NCBI GenBank assembly: GCA_027449805.1
Contig: DAIDKY010000001.1
Span: forward strand, 1 to 33,764
Source of the DNA: a bacterium
GTDB taxonomy: Bacteria; Patescibacteriota; Saccharimonadia; UBA4664
DNA length: 33,764 bases
Direction of reading: 5' to 3'
Part shown: in pieces, positions 32,243-33,764 of the stretch
Layout: every line of letters begins with the position of its first letter
Position numbering within the stretch: position 1 is the first letter of the stretch
Program-made: the position numbers and the translations under genes
The notes under the pieces: generated by a model
Database searches by the model: none
What the model was told of the DNA's origin: nothing
What the model saw: the letters and a program-made list of their open reading frames with translations, nothing else

Positions 32243-33764
32243 CTAGTAGAGCTTGTAGAGATAGATCGAATAACCGATCTTGGCTATTGGCTTACGCTCA
32301 CGAAGGTAGTTGTAACCGACATAATTATCTAATTTCGCGTAATACCTATCATTCTCCAAGAATGTTTCCGAGACTGCAATATACTGACCGGTGTATGGCT
32401 TATCCTGGGCATGCCAGACTCTGATGCGAGGATTGGACCCAGAAGGGAAATAGTAACTTGGCAGGCCGCCGCCAAAGTAATCGATTGCGGCTTGGTTAAT
32501 ATGATGATCCACGAGATATGTCTTAAGGCGACCCAGGTCTTGTCCCCAATCTAGGCTTGAATCAGAGAAATAAGCGTTAGCGTTGGCCGGTCCGCCAATC
32601 AACTCGTTGAAATAGGCTAGAAACGATGGAGAAATCCATAATGTCGCACCAGCGTACCAGGCCAAAAGTAAACCAAGAACCACCGAAAAACCGATCTTAA
32701 CCCTGGTTCTGGTAATCCGCCAGCTCAAACGCACAATCGCAATCGCGGCAAGAACGAAGAGGGGAATGTAAATCGGCAGAATATGACGCAGCCCGAGATC
32801 AAGATTACCCATTACGGCGATTAAGAAATATAGGACGACAAAGACGCCGAGCACGAACTCCAACAGGTGACGCTGGCTGTAATCGACAAGATGTTTCCAG
32901 ATAGCTAGCGGGCGCCGACTAATGATACGTATCGTTGCCAGGGTCAAGGTTGTGAAGCCAATAATCAAAAACGATAGTTGGGTCTTAAGACTAAAGAGGA
33001 CCGGAAAGTACGCATGAAAGCTTTGATTGGTGACCTGACCCATAAAGTAGGTAGTATTACCGCCGGCGACACGATCTAGAACCATAATAACCCCAAGTAC
33101 ATACTGAACGATCGGCTTAAAGAACGGATTCGGCGATAATGTAACCATGAATTGGCCGATAGCTTTGCCAAAATTTACCGGCAATGAGTAGGTAATAAGC
33201 CGCTGTTGTACCGAAGCCGGCATATTAATTGTCTGCGGCACGTAATAGAGCCAGATTATCACCAAGCTGACCAGCGATGCGAGAATTAGCCCTCCGCTAT
33301 AGAGCTTTAGTCGCTGAACCCTTGTTTTTGGTTTGTTCCAGGCGCCGACCATAAATAGAGTAATGATAAATAGCACTGGATAGAGTAAGACTGAGGAGAA
33401 TTTTGTAAGTTGCGCCACGGCCAGACCTATCCCTAACAGTAGTAAGTTCATCTTACTCGGACGATCAATATAGCGGACAAACGCAACCAGTGCCACGAAC
33501 ATGAACATGGCAGCACCCAGATCAGTCGTAACAAGAATCGCGTTTGCTAGAATATTAGGCGACAAGGTATAGAAAAAAAGGCTCAATAGAGCCGTGCCAA
33601 TGCCATAACGGCGACGCAGCCAAAGATATAACCAGGCGCCAAAACCAACGCTCAGGAGAAGAATCGGCAGCCTGGCCCAGAACAGAATCGCACCTGCATT
33701 ATTGCCGGAGGCATAAAGAAAGGCCCAGCCGGTATCCCACTCAGCGTTGGCCATGGTCGACCAT
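32243..33764 (-). CDS. second GT-C fold membrane glycosyltransferase (ArnT/PMT-like), 5' end beyond the window
   Basis: More than 503 aa and polytopic. ARLPILLLSVGFGAWLYLWLRRRYG matches the conserved RLPsal…r region, which normally sits about 80-100 aa from the N-terminus. The frame stays open upstream of ATG 33754 to the window edge. Confidence 0.7.
   Translation of the reverse strand, partial: WSTMANAEWDTGWAFLYASGNNAGAILFWARLPILLLSVGFGAWLYLWLRRRYGIGTALLSLFFYTLSPNILANAILVTTDLGAAMFMFVALVAFVRYIDRPSKMNLLLLGIGLAVAQLTKFSSVLLYPVLFIITLFMVGAWNKPKTRVQRLKLYSGGLILASLVSLVIIWLYYVPQTINMPASVQQRLITYSLPVNFGKAIGQFMVTLSPNPFFKPIVQYVLGVIMVLDRVAGGNTTYFMGQVTNQSFHAYFPVLFSLKTQLSFLIIGFTTLTLATIRIISRRPLAIWKHLVDYSQRHLLEFVLGVFVVLYFLIAVMGNLDLGLRHILPIYIPLFVLAAIAIVRLSWRITRTRVKIGFSVVLGLLLAWYAGATLWISPSFLAYFNELIGGPANANAYFSDSSLDWGQDLGRLKTYLVDHHINQAAIDYFGGGLPSYYFPSGSNPRIRVWHAQDKPYTGQYIAVSETFLENDRYYAKLDNYVGYNYLRERKPIAKIGYSIYLYKLY

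Overview
A 33.8-kb chromosomal segment with about 40 CDS, mostly on the + strand, read with the standard genetic code. I recognised no rRNA, tRNA, CRISPR array, transposase or integrase. The gene content suggests a small-genome bacterium, possibly Patescibacteria/CPR (Saccharibacteria-like). That is inference only, based on many tiny membrane proteins, GT-C glycosyltransferases, trimmed housekeeping enzymes and starts that look leaderless.

The housekeeping backbone is purB, a Y-family polymerase, a CvpA-S1 protease fusion, trxB, aspS, typA, a PAS histidine kinase, a polyprenyl synthase, secE-nusG-rplK-rplA, rplJ-rplL, dnaX and dnaB. A GtrA/GT-C/GT2 envelope-glycosylation locus follows.

Most notable points:
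1. The rplKA and rplJL genes are split by a 3.7-kb block. It carries a compact dcd-tmk-thyX pyrimidine module, and its 535-aa ThyX is a tandem fusion whose two halves have complementary degenerate signature motifs. A divergent 120-aa orphan gene sits beside it.
2. A roughly 540-nt hairpin-rich segment (2752-3290) has no convincing gene. I could not assign it to tmRNA or RNase P.
3. A UmuC-like polymerase is translationally coupled to a small orphan ORF, with no UmuD or LexA in the window.
4. A polytopic membrane protein carries an N-terminal zinc ribbon and an AT-hook-like motif.
5. Ribosomal protein L1 has an N-terminal extension of about 105 aa.
6. AspRS shows a clean loss of the GAD insertion domain.

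No defence or mobile system could be demonstrated from sequence alone. All functional calls are motif-level recognitions made by eye, not database hits.
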